DNA of 64,000 nt from Eledone cirrhosa (lineage: Eukaryota). Location of the stretch: the NCBI GenBank assembly GCA_964016885.1, contig OZ024758.1:11222001-11286000 (forward strand), given 5' to 3'. Shown here piece by piece: positions 1 through 13,380 of this stretch; position 1 is the stretch's first letter; each line of letters starts with the position of its first letter. The notes beneath the pieces are model-generated. The model saw nothing but the letters and a program-made list of their open reading frames with translations, was not told the origin of the DNA and made no database searches. The position numbers were made by a program, and so were the translations under genes.

Positions 1-621
1 TGTACTGGGTAATTGCTGGCCTTGTGCCAAAAGTAGAAACAATTATATTTCATAAGAAATATATTCATGAAATATTTAACAAGTATGTGTGTGTAACAAC
101 CATCAAAGTTATTGTGTTGAAAGAAACCAGAAAATATACAAGTGAAAATATATATATAAGAGATATATTGTTATTTAAATATATAAACATACATGTAAAG
201 AAGACAATGATAATAAAAAACAGTTATTATTGAGGTAGACACTTGGAAAGAAAACTGACAATTACGATGAATCGAGGGAATAAAATCCTATTTAAGTGGA
301 AACGATTTTAGAAATGTAGTAAGTTGTAAAGAATTGGTGGTGAAGGTATGAAATATACAGTGGGAAGACATTGAAATTGTAAATAATTTAATAGAAAAGT
401 TTGTAGTAAAATAATTTAATAGAGAAGTTAGTTATAACATTTCAAAACAAAATTTTTGTTTGGATACATTTTTGTATTGGAATAAAATATAGAAATTGTA
501 AGAATTTGTGAGTGAGTTATTTTAAGATAAATTGGTCATTGAAATGTCTTTGACAATAAAGATATTGATACTAGACTGAGATTGAGTGCTTGGTTAGCTT
601 GAGAGGAGAGTTACTATAGCA

Positions 622-1697
622 GACACAAGACCTACCAGTTCTGGAGAGAAGAGTTACTACAGTAGAGGTAGATAAAGTGGCAATGACACAAGACCAACCA
701 GTTCTGGAGAGAAGAGTTACAATAGTAGAGGTAAAAAAATGAGTGATGACACAAGATCAACCAGCTCTGGAGAGAAGATAAGAGTTACTATAGTAAAGGT
801 AGAAAAAGTGGTGATGACACAAGACCTACCAGCTCTGGAGAGAAGAGTTACAATAGTAGAGGTAAAAAAATGAGTGATGACACAAGATCTACCAGCTCTG
901 GAGAGAAGAGTTACAATAGTAGAGGTAAAAAAATGAGTGATGACACAAGATCAACCAGTTCTGAAGAGAAGATAAGAGTTACTATAGTAAAGGTAGAAAA
1001 AGTGGTGATGACACAAGATCTACCAGCTCTGGAGAGAAGAGTTACAATAGTAGAGGTAAAAAAATGAGTGATGACACAAGATCAACCAACTCTGGAGAGA
1101 AGATAAGAGTTACTATAGTAAAGGTAGAAAAAGTGGTGATGAAACAAGACCTACCAGCTCTGGAGAGAAGAGTTACAATAGTAGAGGTAAAAAAATGAGT
1201 GATGACACAAGATCAACCAACTCTGGAGAGAAGATAAGAGTTACTATAGTAAAGGTAGAAAAAGTGGTGATGAAACAAGACCTACCAGCTCTGGAGAGAA
1301 GAGTTACAATAGTAGAGGTAAAAAAATGAGTGATGACACAAGATCAACCAACTCTGGAGAGAAGATAAGAGTTACTATAGTAAAGGTAGAAAAAGTGGTG
1401 ATGAAACAAGACCTACCAGCTCTGGAGAGAAGAGTTACAATAGTAGAGGTAAAAAAATGAGTGATGACACAAGATCAACCAACTCTGGAGAGAAGATAAG
1501 AGTTACTATAGTAAAGGTAGAAAAAGTGGTGATGTCACAAGACCTACCAGTTCTGGAGAGAAGAGTTACAATAGTAGAGATAAAAAAATGAGTGATGACA
1601 CAAGATCAACCAACTCTGGAGAGAAGATAAGAGTTACTATAGTAAAGGTAGAAAAAGTGGCAATGACACAAGACCTACCAGCTCTGGAGAGAAGAAC
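622..1697. repeat. Tandem repeat with a 131-bp dimeric unit (related ~68-bp and ~63-bp monomers)
   Basis: ATGACACAAGATCAACC recurs at 1071, 1202, 1333, 1464 and 1595 (period 131). The alternating monomers share GACACAAGA...CTGGAGAGAAGA...GTTAC.ATAGTA.AGGTA. Confidence 0.95.
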
Positions 1698-2522
1698 TAT
1701 TACACCAGACATAGAAAACTTTCAATCAATGCTAATAAATATTCTACTAATTACAGTTATCATTCAATTGATTAAAATTATTCTAATTATGGTCATCTGT
1801 ATTTTATTGTAAACATAAATAAAATACTAAAACAGAATATATTCAATAGACATCTAAAAGTGATTGGTTATAGATGAAAGATGTAGTTTGTCTGTGATCT
1901 ACTTCTATTATGTATAGTAGTAGTAGTAGTAGTAGCAGCAGCAGCAGAAACATTGATATATGAACTAAATTGAATTATGACACTTCACCTTCTCAACTGA
2001 ATGCACACACACACACACACATATATACACACACACACACACACAGATACATAACCACATAGATACACACACACACGCACACAGATATACACACACACAC
2101 ATATATATATATATACACACACAGATACATAACCACATAGATACACACACACACACATATATATACACACACACACACACACTTGCATATACACACGTGA
2201 TGTAGGTATAGCATCACTGCATCAATAAAAATGATAAAAATAAATTTTTAAAAAGTGACAAAGAACAAAGAAATGAATTCTTGAAAATGTAATTAGTGAA
2301 TTCTAATCAAATTGTGACTGTGGTGAAATTATGCTAATGAGGTAGAAAAGTAAAGAACTGAAGCTGTTGAGAAATAAGACCAGACTGTTATGAGAAACAG
2401 TTTACTGTTAGTAAGATGGACAGTAATGATGTAATTAAAGTGTTAGGTATGTTCACTGTTGACAGCACACCTGAGAAATACTCTGATGTAATACCTGTAG
2501 ATCTAGTTTAGAGAAGAGACAG

Positions 2523-5500
2523 TTGGTTGTTGTTTGGGAAGGGTGGCAGTAGTGGTGGTAGAATGTTGGTTGTTGTTAGGGAAGGGTGGCAGTAGTGGTG
2601 TTAGAGTGTTGGTTGTTGTTTGGGAAGGGTGGCAGTAGTGGTGTCAGAATGTTGGTTGTTGTTAGGGAAGGGTGGCAGTAGTGGTGTTAGAGTGTTGGTT
2701 GTTGTTAGGGAAGGGTGGCAGTAGTGGTGGTAGAATGCTGGTTGTTGTTTGGGAAGGGTGGCAGTAGTGGTGGTAGAGTGTTGGTTGTTGTTTGGGAAGG
2801 GTGGCAGTAGTGGTGGTAGAATGTTGGTTGTTGTTTGGGAAGGGTGGCAGTAGTGGTGTTAGAGTGTTGGTTGTTGTTTGGGAAAGGTGGCAGTAGTGGT
2901 GTTAGAATGTTGGTTGTTGTTAGGGAAGGGTGGCAGTAGTGGTGTTAGAGTGTTGGTTGTTGTTTGGGAAGGGTGGCAGTAGTGGTGGTAGAGTGTTGGT
3001 TGTTGTTTGGGAAGGGTGGCAGTAGTGGTGGTAGAGTGTTGGTTGTTGTTAGGGAAGGGTGGCAGTAGTGGTGGTAGAATGCTGGTTGTTGTTTGGGAAG
3101 GGTGGCAGTAGTGGTGTTAGAGTGTTGGTTGTTGTTAGGGAAGGGTGGCAGTAGTGGTGTTAGAGTGTTGGTTGTTGTTAGGGAAGGGTGGCAATAGTGG
3201 TGGTAGAGTCTTGGTTGTTGTTTGGGAAGGGTGGCAGTAGTGGTGGTAGAGTGTTGGTTGTTGTTAGGGAAGGGTGGCAATAGTGGTGGTAGAGTGTTGG
3301 TTGTTGTTTGGGAAGGGTGGCAGTAGTGGTGTTAGAGTGTTGGTTGTTGTTTGGGAAGGGTGGCAGTAGTGGTGTTAGAGTGTTGGTTGTTGTTTGGGAA
3401 GGGTGGCAGTAGTGGTGTTAGAATGTTGGTTGTTGTTAGGGAAGGGTGGCAGTAGTGGTGGTAGAGTGTTGGTTGTTGTTAGGGAAGGGTGGCAGTAGTG
3501 GTGGTAGAGTGTTGGTTGTTGTTTGGGAAGGGTGGCAGTAGTGGTGGTAGAGTGTTGGTTGTTGTTTGGGAAGGGTGGCAGTAGTGGTGTTAGAGTGTTG
3601 GTTGTTGTTAGGGAAAGGTGGCAGTAGTGGTGGTAGAGTGTTGGTTGTTGTTTGGGAAGGGTGGCAGTAGTGGTGTTAGAGTGTTGGTTGTTGTTTGGGA
3701 AGGGTGGCAGTAGTGGTGTTAGAATGTTGGTTGTTGTTTGGGAAGGGTGGCAGTAGTGGTGGTAGAGTGTTGGTTGTTGTTAGGGAAGGGTGGCAGTAGT
3801 GGTGTTAGAATGTTGGTTGTTGTTAGGGAAGGGTGGCAGTAGTGGTGGTAGAGTGTTGGTTGTTGTTTGGGAAGGGTGGCAGTAGTGGTGTTAGAGTGTT
3901 GGTTGTTGTTTGGGAAGGGTGGCAGTAGTGGTGGTAGAATGTTGGTTGTTGTTTGGGAAGGGTGGCAGTAGTGGTGTTAGAATGTTGGTTGTTGTTAGGG
4001 AAGGGTGGCAGTAGTGGTGGTAGAATGTTGGTTGTTGTTAGGGAAGGGTGGCAGTAGTGGTGGTAGAATGTTGGTTGTTGTTTGGGAAGGGTGGCAGTAG
4101 TGGTGTTAGAATGTTGGTTGTTGTTTGGGAAGGGTGGCAGTAGTGGTGGTAGAATGTTGGTTGTTGTTAGGGAAGGGTGGCAGTAGTGGTGGTAGAATGT
4201 TGGTTGTTGTTTGGGAAGGGTGGCAGTAGTGGTGTTAGAATGTTGGTTGTTGTTTGGGAAGGGTGGCAGTAGTGGTGGTAGAATGTTGGTTGTTGTTTGG
4301 GAAGGGTGGCAGTAGTGGTGGTAGAATGTTGGTTGTTGTTAGGGAAGGGTGGCAGTAGTGGTGGTAGAATGTTGGTTGTTGTTAGGGAAGGGTGGCAGTA
4401 GTGGTGTTAGAGTGTTGGTTGTTGTTAGGGAAGGGTGGCAGTAGTGGTGGTAGAATGCTGGTTGTTGTTTGGGAAGGGTGGCAGTAGTGGTGGTAGAGTG
4501 TTGGTTGTTGTTTGGGAAGGGTGGCAGTAGTGGTGGTAGAATGTTGGTTGTTGTTTGGGAAGGGTGGCAGTAGTGGTGTTAGAGTGTTGGTTGTTGTTTG
4601 GGAAAGGTGGCAGTAGTGGTGTTAGAATGTTGGTTGTTGTTAGGGAAGGGTGGCAGTAGTGGTGTTAGAGTGTTGGTTGTTGTTTGGGAAGGGTGGCAGT
4701 AGTGGTGGTAGAGTGTTGGTTGTTGTTTGGGAAGGGTGGCAGTAGTGGTGGTAGAGTGTTGGTTGTTGTTAGGGAAGGGTGGCAGTAGTGGTGGTAGAAT
4801 GCTGGTTGTTGTTTGGGAAGGGTGGCAGTAGTGGTGTTAGAGTGTTGGTTGTTGTTAGGGAAGGGTGGCAGTAGTGGTGTTAGAGTGTTGGTTGTTGTTA
4901 GGGAAGGGTGGCAATAGTGGTGGTAGAGTCTTGGTTGTTGTTTGGGAAGGGTGGCAGTAGTGGTGGTAGAGTGTTGGTTGTTGTTAGGGAAGGGTGGCAA
5001 TAGTGGTGGTAGAGTGTTGGTTGTTGTTTGGGAAGGGTGGCAGTAGTGGTGTTAGAGTGTTGGTTGTTGTTTGGGAAGGGTGGCAGTAGTGGTGTTAGAG
5101 TGTTGGTTGTTGTTTGGGAAGGGTGGCAGTAGTGGTGTTAGAATGTTGGTTGTTGTTAGGGAAGGGTGGCAGTAGTGGTGGTAGAGTGTTGGTTGTTGTT
5201 AGGGAAGGGTGGCAGTAGTGGTGGTAGAGTGTTGGTTGTTGTTTGGGAAGGGTGGCAGTAGTGGTGGTAGAGTGTTGGTTGTTGTTTGGGAAGGGTGGCA
5301 GTAGTGGTGTTAGAGTGTTGGTTGTTGTTAGGGAAAGGTGGCAGTAGTGGTGGTAGAGTGTTGGTTGTTGTTTGGGAAGGGTGGCAGTAGTGGTGTTAGA
5401 GTGTTGGTTGTTGTTTGGGAAGGGTGGCAGTAGTGGTGTTAGAATGTTGGTTGTTGTTTGGGAAGGGTGGCAGTAGTGGTGGTAGAGTGTTGGTTGTTGT

Positions 5501-8500
5501 TAGGGAAGGGTGGCAGTAGTGGTGTTAGAATGTTGGTTGTTGTTAGGGAAGGGTGGCAGTAGTGGTGGTAGAGTGTTGGTTGTTGTTTGGGAAGGGTGGC
5601 AGTAGTGGTGTTAGAGTGTTGGTTGTTGTTTGGGAAGGGTGGCAGTAGTGGTGGTAGAATGTTGGTTGTTGTTTGGGAAGGGTGGCAGTAGTGGTGTTAG
5701 AATGTTGGTTGTTGTTAGGGAAGGGTGGCAGTAGTGGTGGTAGAATGTTGGTTGTTGTTAGGGAAGGGTGGCAGTAGTGGTGGTAGAATGTTGGTTGTTG
5801 TTTGGGAAGGGTGGCAGTAGTGGTGTTAGAATGTTGGTTGTTGTTTGGGAAGGGTGGCAGTAGTGGTGGTAGAATGTTGGTTGTTGTTAGGGAAGGGTGG
5901 CAGTAGTGGTGGTAGAATGTTGGTTGTTGTTTGGGAAGGGTGGCAGTAGTGGTGTTAGAATGTTGGTTGTTGTTTGGGAAGGGTGGCAGTAGTGGTGGTA
6001 GAATGTTGGTTGTTGTTTGGGAAGGGTGGCAGTAGTGGTGGTAGAATGTTGGTTGTTGTTAGGGAAGGGTGGCAGTAGTGGTGGTAGAATGTTGGTTGTT
6101 GTTAGGGAAGGGTGGCAGTAGTGGTGTCAGAATGTTGGTTGTTGTTAGGGAAGGGTGGCAGTAGTGGTGTTAGAATGTTGGTTGTTGTTAGGGAAGGGTG
6201 GCAGTAGTGGTGGTAGAATGTTGGTTGTTGTTTGGGAAGGGTGGCAGTAGTGGTGTTAGAATGTTGGTTGTTGTTTGGGAAGGGTGGCAGTAGTGGTGTT
6301 AGAATGTTGGTTGTTGTTAGGGAAGGGTGGCAGTAGTGGTGGTAGAGTGTTGGTTGTTGTTAGGGAAGGGTGGCAGTAGTGGTGGTAGAATGTTGGTTGT
6401 TGTTAGGGAAGGGTGGCAGTAGTGGTGTTAGAATGTTGGTTGTTGTTAGGGAAGGGTGGCAGTAGTGGTGGTAGAATGTTGGTTGTTGTTAGGGAAGGGT
6501 GGCAGTAGTGGTGGTAGAATGTTGGTTGTTGTTTGGGAAGGGTGGCAGTAGTGGTGTTAGAATGTTGGTTGTTGTTAGGGAAGGGTGGCAGTAGTGGTGG
6601 TAGAATGTTGGTTGTTGTTAGGGAAGGGTGGCAGTAGTGGTGTTAGAATGTTGGTTGTTGTTAGGGAAGGGTGGCAGTAGTGGTGTTAGAGTGTTGGTTG
6701 TTGTTAGGGAAGGGTGGCAGTAGTGGTGTTAGAGTGTTGGTTGTTGTTAGGGAAGGGTGGCAGTAGTGGTGGTAGAATGTTGGTTGTTGTTTGGGAAGGG
6801 TGGCAGTAGTGGTGGTAGAATGTTGGTTGTTGTTTGGGAAGGGTGGCAGTAGTGGTGTTAGAGTGTTGGTTGTTGTTAGGGAAGGGTGGCAGTAGTGGTG
6901 TTAGAGTGTTGGTTGTTGTTTGGGAAGGGTGGCAGTAGTGGTGTTAGAGTGTTGGTTGTTGTTTGGGAAGGGTGGCAGTAGTGGTGTTAGAGTGTTGGTT
7001 GTTGTTTGGGAAGGGTGGCAGTAGTGGTGGTAGAATGTTGGTTGTTGTTAGGGAAGGGTGGCAGTAGTGGTGGTAGAGTGTTGGTTGTTGTTAGGGAAGG
7101 GTGGCAGTAGTGGTGTTAGAATGTTGGTTGTTGTTAGGGAAGGGTGGCAGTAGTGGTGTTAGAATGTTGGTTGTTGTTTGGGAAGGGTGGCAGTAGTGGT
7201 GTTAGAGTGTTGGTTGTTGTTTGGGAAGGGTGGCAGTAGTGGTGTTAGAGTGTTGGTTGTTGTTTGGGAAGGGTGGCAGTAGTGGTGGTAGAGTGTTGGT
7301 TGTTGTTTGGGAAGGGTGGCAGTAGTGGTGTTAGAGTGTTGGTTGTTGTTTGGGAAGGGTGGCAGTAGTGGTGTTAGAGTGTTGGTTGTTGTTTGGGAAG
7401 GGTGGCAGTAGTGGTGGTAGAATGTTGGTTGTTGTTTGGGAAGGGTGGCAGTAGTGGTGTTAGAGTGTTGGTTGTTGTTAGGGAAGGGTGGCAGTAGTGG
7501 TGTTAGAGTGTTGGTTGTTGTTAGGGAAGGGTGGCAGTAGTGGTGTTAGAGTGTTGGTTGTTGTTTGGGAAAGGTGGCAGTAGTGGTGTTAGAGTGTTGG
7601 TTGTTGTTTGGGAAAGGTGGCAGTAGTGGTGTCAGAATGTTGGTTGTTGTTAGGGAAGGGTGGCAGTAGTGGTGGTAGAATGTTGGTTGTTGTTTGGGAA
7701 AGGTGGCAGTAGTGGTGTTAGAGTGTTGGTTGTTGTTAGGGAAGGGTGGCAGTAGTGGTGGTAGAGTGTTGGTTGTTGTTTGGGAAGGGTGGCAGTAGTG
7801 GTGGTAGAGTGTTGGTTGTTGTTTGGGAAGAGTGGCAGTAGTGGTGGTAGAGTGTTGGTTGTTGTTTGGGAAGGGTGGCAGTAGTGGTGGTAGAATGTTG
7901 GTTGTTGTTTGGGAAAGGTGGCAGTAGTGGTGTTAGAGTGTTGGTTGTTGTTAGGGAAGGGTGGCAGTAGTGGTGGTAGAATGTTGGTTGTTGTTAGGGA
8001 AGGGTGGCAGTAGTGGTGGTAGAGTGTTGGTTGTTGTTTGGGAAGGGTGGCAGTAGTGGTGTTAGAGTGTTGGTTGTTGTTTGGGAAAGGTGGCAGTAGT
8101 GGTGTCAGAATGTTGGTTGTTGTTAGGGAAGGGTGGCAGTAGTGGTGGTAGAATGTTGGTTGTTGTTTGGGAAAGGTGGCAGTAGTGGTGTTAGAGTGTT
8201 GGTTGTTGTTTGGGAAGGGTGGCAGTAGTGGTGGTAGAGTGTTGGTTGTTGTTAGGGAAGGGTGGCAGTAGTGGTGTTAGAGTGTTGGTTGTTGTTTGGG
8301 AAGAGTGGCAGTAGTGGTGGTAGAATGTTGGTTGTTGTTTGGGAAGGGTGGCAGTAGTGGTGTTAGAGTGTTGGTTGTTGTTAGGGAAGGGTGGCAGTAG
8401 TGGTGGTAGAGTGTTGGTTGTTGTTAGGGAAGGGTGGCAGTAGTGGTGTCAGAATGTTGGTTGTTGTTAGGGAAGGGTGGCAGTAGTGGTGGTAGAGTGT

Positions 8501-11500
8501 TGGTTGTTGTTTGGGAAGGGTGGCAGTAGTGGTGGTAGAATGTTGGTTGTTGTTTGGGAAGGGTGGCAGTAGTGGTGGTAGAATGTTGGTTGTTGTTTGG
8601 GAAGAGTGGCAGTAGTGGTGGTAGAATGTTGGTTGTTGTTAGGGAAGGGTGGCAGTAGTGGTGGTAGAGTGTTGGTTGTTGTTTGGGAAGAGTGGCAGTA
8701 GTGGTGGTAGAATGTTGGTTGTTGTTTGGGAAGGGTGGCAGTAGTGGTGGTAGAATGTTGGTTGTTGTTAGGGAAGGGTGGCAGTAGTGGTGGTAGAGTG
8801 TTGGTTGTTGTTAGGGAAGGGTGGCAGTAGTGGTGGTAGAATGTTGGTTGTTGTTTGGGAAGGGTGGCAGTAGTGGTGTTAGAGTGTTGGTTGTTGTTTG
8901 GGAAGAGTGGCAGTAGTGGTGTCAGAATGTTGGTTGTTGTTAGGGAAGGGTGGCAGTAGTGGTGGTAGAATGTTGGTTGTTGTTTGGGAAGGGTGGCAGT
9001 AGTGGTGTTAGAGTGTTGGTTGTTGTTTGGGAAGAGTGGCAGTAGTGGTGTCAGAATGTTGGTTGTTGTTTGGGAAGGGTGGCAGTAGTGGTGGTAGAAT
9101 GTTGGTTGTTGTTTGGGAAGGGTGGCAGTAGTGGTGGTAGAATGTTGGTTGTTGTTAGGGAAGGGTGGCAGTAGTGGTGTTAGAGTGTTGGTTGTTGTTA
9201 GGGAAGGGTGGCAGTAGTGGTGTTAGAGTGTTGGTTGTTGTTAGGGAAGGGTGGCAGTAGTGGTGGTAGAATGTTGGTTGTTGTTAGGGAAGGGTGGCAG
9301 TAGTGGTGTTAGAGTGTTGGTTGTTGTTAGGGAAGGGTGGCAGTAGTGGTGTTAGAGTGTTGGTTGTTGTTTGGGAAAGGTGGCAGTAGTGGTGGTAGAA
9401 TGTTGGTTGTTGTTTGGGAAAGGTGGCAGTAGTGGTGTCAGAATGTTGGTTGTTGTTAGGGAAGGGTGGCAGTAGTGGTGGTAGAATGTTGGTTGTTGTT
9501 AGGGAAGGGTGGCAGTAGTGGTGGTAGAATGTTGGTTGTTGTTTGGGAAGGGTGGCAGTAGTGGTGGTAGAATGTTGGTTGTTGTTTGGGAAGGGTGGCA
9601 GTAGTGGTGTTAGAGTGTTGGTTGTTGTTTGGGAAGGGTGGCAGTAGTGGTGTCAGAATGTTGGTTGTTGTTAGGGAAGGGTGGCAGTAGTGGTGGTAGA
9701 ATGTTGGTTGTTGTTAGGGAAGGGTGGCAGTAGTGGTGGTAGAATGTTGGTTGTTGTTTGGGAAGGGTGGCAGTAGTGGTGGTAGAATGTTGGTTGTTGT
9801 TTGGGAAGGGTGGCAGTAGTGGTGGTAGAATGCTGGTTGTTGTTAGGGAAGGGTGGCAGTAGTGGTGTTAGAGTGTTGGTTGTTGTTTGGGAAGGGTGGC
9901 AGTAGTGGTGTTAGAGTGTTGGTTGTTGTTTGGGAAAGGTGGCAGTAGTGGTGTCAGAATGTTGGTTGTTGTTAGGGAAGGGTGGCAGTAGTGGTGGTAG
10001 AATGTTGGTTGTTGTTTGGGAAGGGTGGCAGTAGTGGTGTTAGAATGTTGGTTGTTGTTAGGGAAGGGTGGCAGTAGTGGTGTTAGAGTGTTGGTTGTTG
10101 TTAGGGAAGGGTGGCAGTAGTGGTGTTAGAGTGTTGGTTGTTGTTTGGGAAAGGTGGCAGTAGTGGTGTCAGAATGTTGGTTGTTGTTAGGGAAGGGTGG
10201 CAGTAGTGGTGGTAGAGTGTTGGTTGTTGTTAGGGAAGGGTGGCAGTAGTGGTGGTAGAATGTTGGTTGTTGTTAGGGAAGGGTGGCAGTAGTGGTGGTA
10301 GAATGTTGGTTGTTGTTTGGGAAGGGTGGCAGTAGTGGTGTTAGAATGTTGGTTGTTGTTAGGGAAGGGTGGCAGTAGTGGTGTTAGAATGTTGGTTGTT
10401 GTTAGGGAAGGGTGGCAGTAGTGGTGGTAGAGTGTTGGTTGTTGTTTGGGAAGGGTGGCAGTAGTGGTGTTAGAGTGTTGGTTGTTGTTTGGGAAGGGTG
10501 GCAGTAGTGGTGTCAGAATGTTGGTTGTTGTTAGGGAAGGGTGGCAGTAGTGGTGGTAGAATGTTGGTTGTTGTTAGGGAAGGGTGGCAGTAGTGGTGGT
10601 AGAATGTTGGTTGTTGTTAGGGAAGGGTGGCAGTAGTGGTGGTAGAATGTTGGTTGTTGTTTGGGAAGGGTGGCAGTAGTGGTGTTAGAATGTTGGTTGT
10701 TGTTAGGGAAGGGTGGCAGTAGTGGTGTTAGAGTGTTGGTTGTTGTTAGGGAAGGGTGGCAGTAGTGGTGGTAGAGTGTTGGTTGTTGTTAGGGAAGGGT
10801 GGCAGTAGTGGTGGTAGAATGTTGGTTGTTGTTAGGGAAGGGTGGCAGTAGTGGTGGTAGAGTGTTGGTTGTTGTTAGGGAAGGGTGGCAGTAGTGGTGG
10901 TAGAATGTTGGTTGTTGTTAGGGAAGGGTGGCAGTAGTGGTGGTAGAATGTTGGTTGTTGTTTGGGAAGGGTGGCAGTAGTGGTGTTAGAATGTTGGTTG
11001 TTGTTAGGGAAGGGTGGCAGTAGTGGTGTTAGAGTGTTGGTTGTTGTTAGGGAAGGGTGGCAGTAGTGGTGTTAGAGTGTTGGTTGTTGTTTGGGAAAGG
11101 TGGCAGTAGTGGTGTCAGAATGTTGGTTGTTGTTAGGGAAGGGTGGCAGTAGTGGTGGTAGAATGTTGGTTGTTGTTAGGGAAGGGTGGCAGTAGTGGTG
11201 GTAGAGTGTTGGTTGTTGTTTGGGAAGGGTGGCAGTAGTGGTGTTAGAGTGTTGGTTGTTGTTTGGGAAAGGTGGCAGTAGTGGTGTTAGAATGTTGGTT
11301 GTTGTTAGGGAAGGGTGGCAGTAGTGGTGGTAGAGTGTTGGTTGTTGTTTGGGAAGGGTGGCAGTAGTGGTGTTAGAGTGTTGGTTGTTGTTTGGGAAGG
11401 GTGGCAGTAGTGGTGTCAGAATGTTGGTTGTTGTTAGGGAAGGGTGGCAGTAGTGGTGGTAGAGTGTTGGTTGTTGTTAGGGAAGGGTGGCAGTAGTGGT

Positions 11501-12840
11501 GGTAGAATGTTGGTTGTTGTTTGGGAAAGGTGGCAGTAGTGGTGTCAGAATGTTGGTTGTTGTTAGGGAAGGGTGGCAGTAGTGGTGGTAGAGTGTTGGT
11601 TGTTGTTTGGGAAGGGTGGCAGTAGTGGTGTTAGAGTGTTGGTTGTTGTTTGGGAAGGGTGGCAGTAGTGGTGTCAGAATGTTGGTTGTTGTTAGGGAAG
11701 GGTGGCAGTAGTGGTGGTAGAATGTTGGTTGTTGTTAGGGAAGGGTGGCAGTAGTGGTGGTAGAATGTTGGTTGTTGTTTGGGAAGGGTGGCAGTAGTGG
11801 TGGTAGAATGTTGGTTGTTGTTTGGGAAGGGTGGCAGTAGTGGTGGTAGAATGTTGGTTGTTGTTAGGGAAGGGTGGCAGTAGTGGTGTTAGAGTGTTGG
11901 TTGTTGTTAGGGAAGGGTGGCAGTAGTGGTGTTAGAATGTTGGTTGTTGTTTGGGAAGGGTGGCAGTAGTGGTGTTAGAATGTTGGTTGTTGTTTGGGAA
12001 GGGTGGCAGTAGTGGTGTTAGAGTGTTGGTTGTTGTTTGGGAAAGGTGGCAGTAGTGGTGTCAGAATGTTGGTTGTTGTTAGGGAAGGGTGGCAGTAGTG
12101 GTGGTAGAATGTTGGTTGTTGTTAGGGAAGGGTGGCAGTAGTGGTGGTAGAATGTTGGTTGTTGTTTGGGAAGGGTGGCAGTAGTGGTGTTAGAATGTTG
12201 GTTGTTGTTTGGGAAGGGTGGCAGTAGTGGTGTTAGAGTGTTGGTTGTTGTTTGGGAAAGGTGGCAGTAGTGGTGTCAGAATGTTGGTTGTTGTTAGGGA
12301 AGGGTGGCAGTAGTGGTGGTAGAATGTTGGTTGTTGTTAGGGAAGGGTGGCAGTAGTGGTGGTAGAATGTTGGTTGTTGTTTGGGAAGGGTGGCAGTAGT
12401 GGTGGTAGAATGTTGGTTGTTGTTTGGGAAGGGTGGCAGTAGTGGTGTTAGAGTGTTGGTTGTTGTTTGGGAAGGGTGGCAGTAGTGGTGGTAGAATGTT
12501 GGTTGTTGTTAGGGAAGGGTGGCAGTAGTGGTGGTAGAGTGTTGGTTGTTGTTTGGGAAAGGTGGCAGTAGTGGTGTTAGAGTGTTGGTTGTTGTTTGGG
12601 AAAGGTGGCAGTAGTGGTGTTAGAGTGTTGGTTGTTGTTTGGGAAAGGTGGCAGTAGTGGTGTTAGAATGTTGGTTGTTGTTAGGGAAGGGTGGCAGTAG
12701 TGGTGGTAGAGTGTTGGTTGTTGTTTGGGAAGGGTGGCAGTAGTGGTGTTAGAATGTTGGTTGTTGTTAGGGAAGGGTGGCAGTAGTGGTGGTAGAGTGT
12801 TGGTTGTTGTTTGGGAAGGGTGGCAGTAGGATTGGTAGAG
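2523..12840. repeat. 43-bp G/T-rich minisatellite, about 240 copies
   Basis: Unit TTGGTTGTTGTT(T/A)GGGAAGGGTGGCAGTAGTGGTG(G/T)TAGA(A/G)TG, starting at 2523 and 2566 (period 43). Copy number is estimated from span divided by period. Confidence 0.99.
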
Positions 12841-12915
12841 CATCAGACATGCTTTGCAGTATAAAGTTATGGCCCTTTATGTTCTGAGTTCAAATCCTGC
12901 TGAGGTTAACTTTCA
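12818..12915 (+). mobile_element. 5' head of tRNA-derived SINE family B, fused to the end of the 43-bp array
   Basis: GGTGGCAGTAGGATTGGTAGAGCATCAGACATGCTTTGCAG...GAGTTCAAATCCTGCTGAGGTTAACTTT aligns with the reverse complement of the SINE B copies at 39480-39590 and 42870-42975. B box GTTCAAATCC is present. Confidence 0.75.
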
Positions 12916-13179
12916 TTTCAACTTAACATTCTGCCAATCCACTACCCGCTGTAGAAATAATAACAGCAAAGATAAGTAAATATGAGCTAATATCCAAGTC
13001 CAAGTGAACATGTCAAAACATGTTTATCTTTATAGATATAGATTTAGTTTGAAGTTTTGAAGAAAGTCTTTTTTAAATAATTTGTATGTTCTAGGATTAT
13101 TTCTCCCTAATACTATGTACATAACAGTCCAACTATGTTATCACTTGACCTGCTATAAATAACAGCAATTGAGAGTACA

Positions 13180-13380
13180 AGACTTCCCCCAGGATAGGAC
13201 ACCAGTCCATCTCAGGGTTAAACCTCCAGCTATTGCTGTTACTCGTTTTCATCTGAGTATACTGGAGTAACGTGAAATAGAGTTTTTTGTTCAAAAATAC
13301 AACACACAACCCAGTCCAGGAATCAAACCCACAACATTATGATTGTAAGTCCAAAACACTTACCACTAGGACACATAACA
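13180..13380 (-). mobile_element. Diverged tRNA-derived SINE related to family A
   Basis: Contains ACTGGAGTAACGTGAAATAGAG...CCAGGAATCAAACCCACAAC...ACCACTAGG, a diverged reverse complement of the SINE A head and core. Confidence 0.65.

Noticed and set aside
870-1812. ORFs MSDDTRST... in the 131-bp repeat
   Set aside because: The unit length is not a multiple of 3 and stops recur in every unit.
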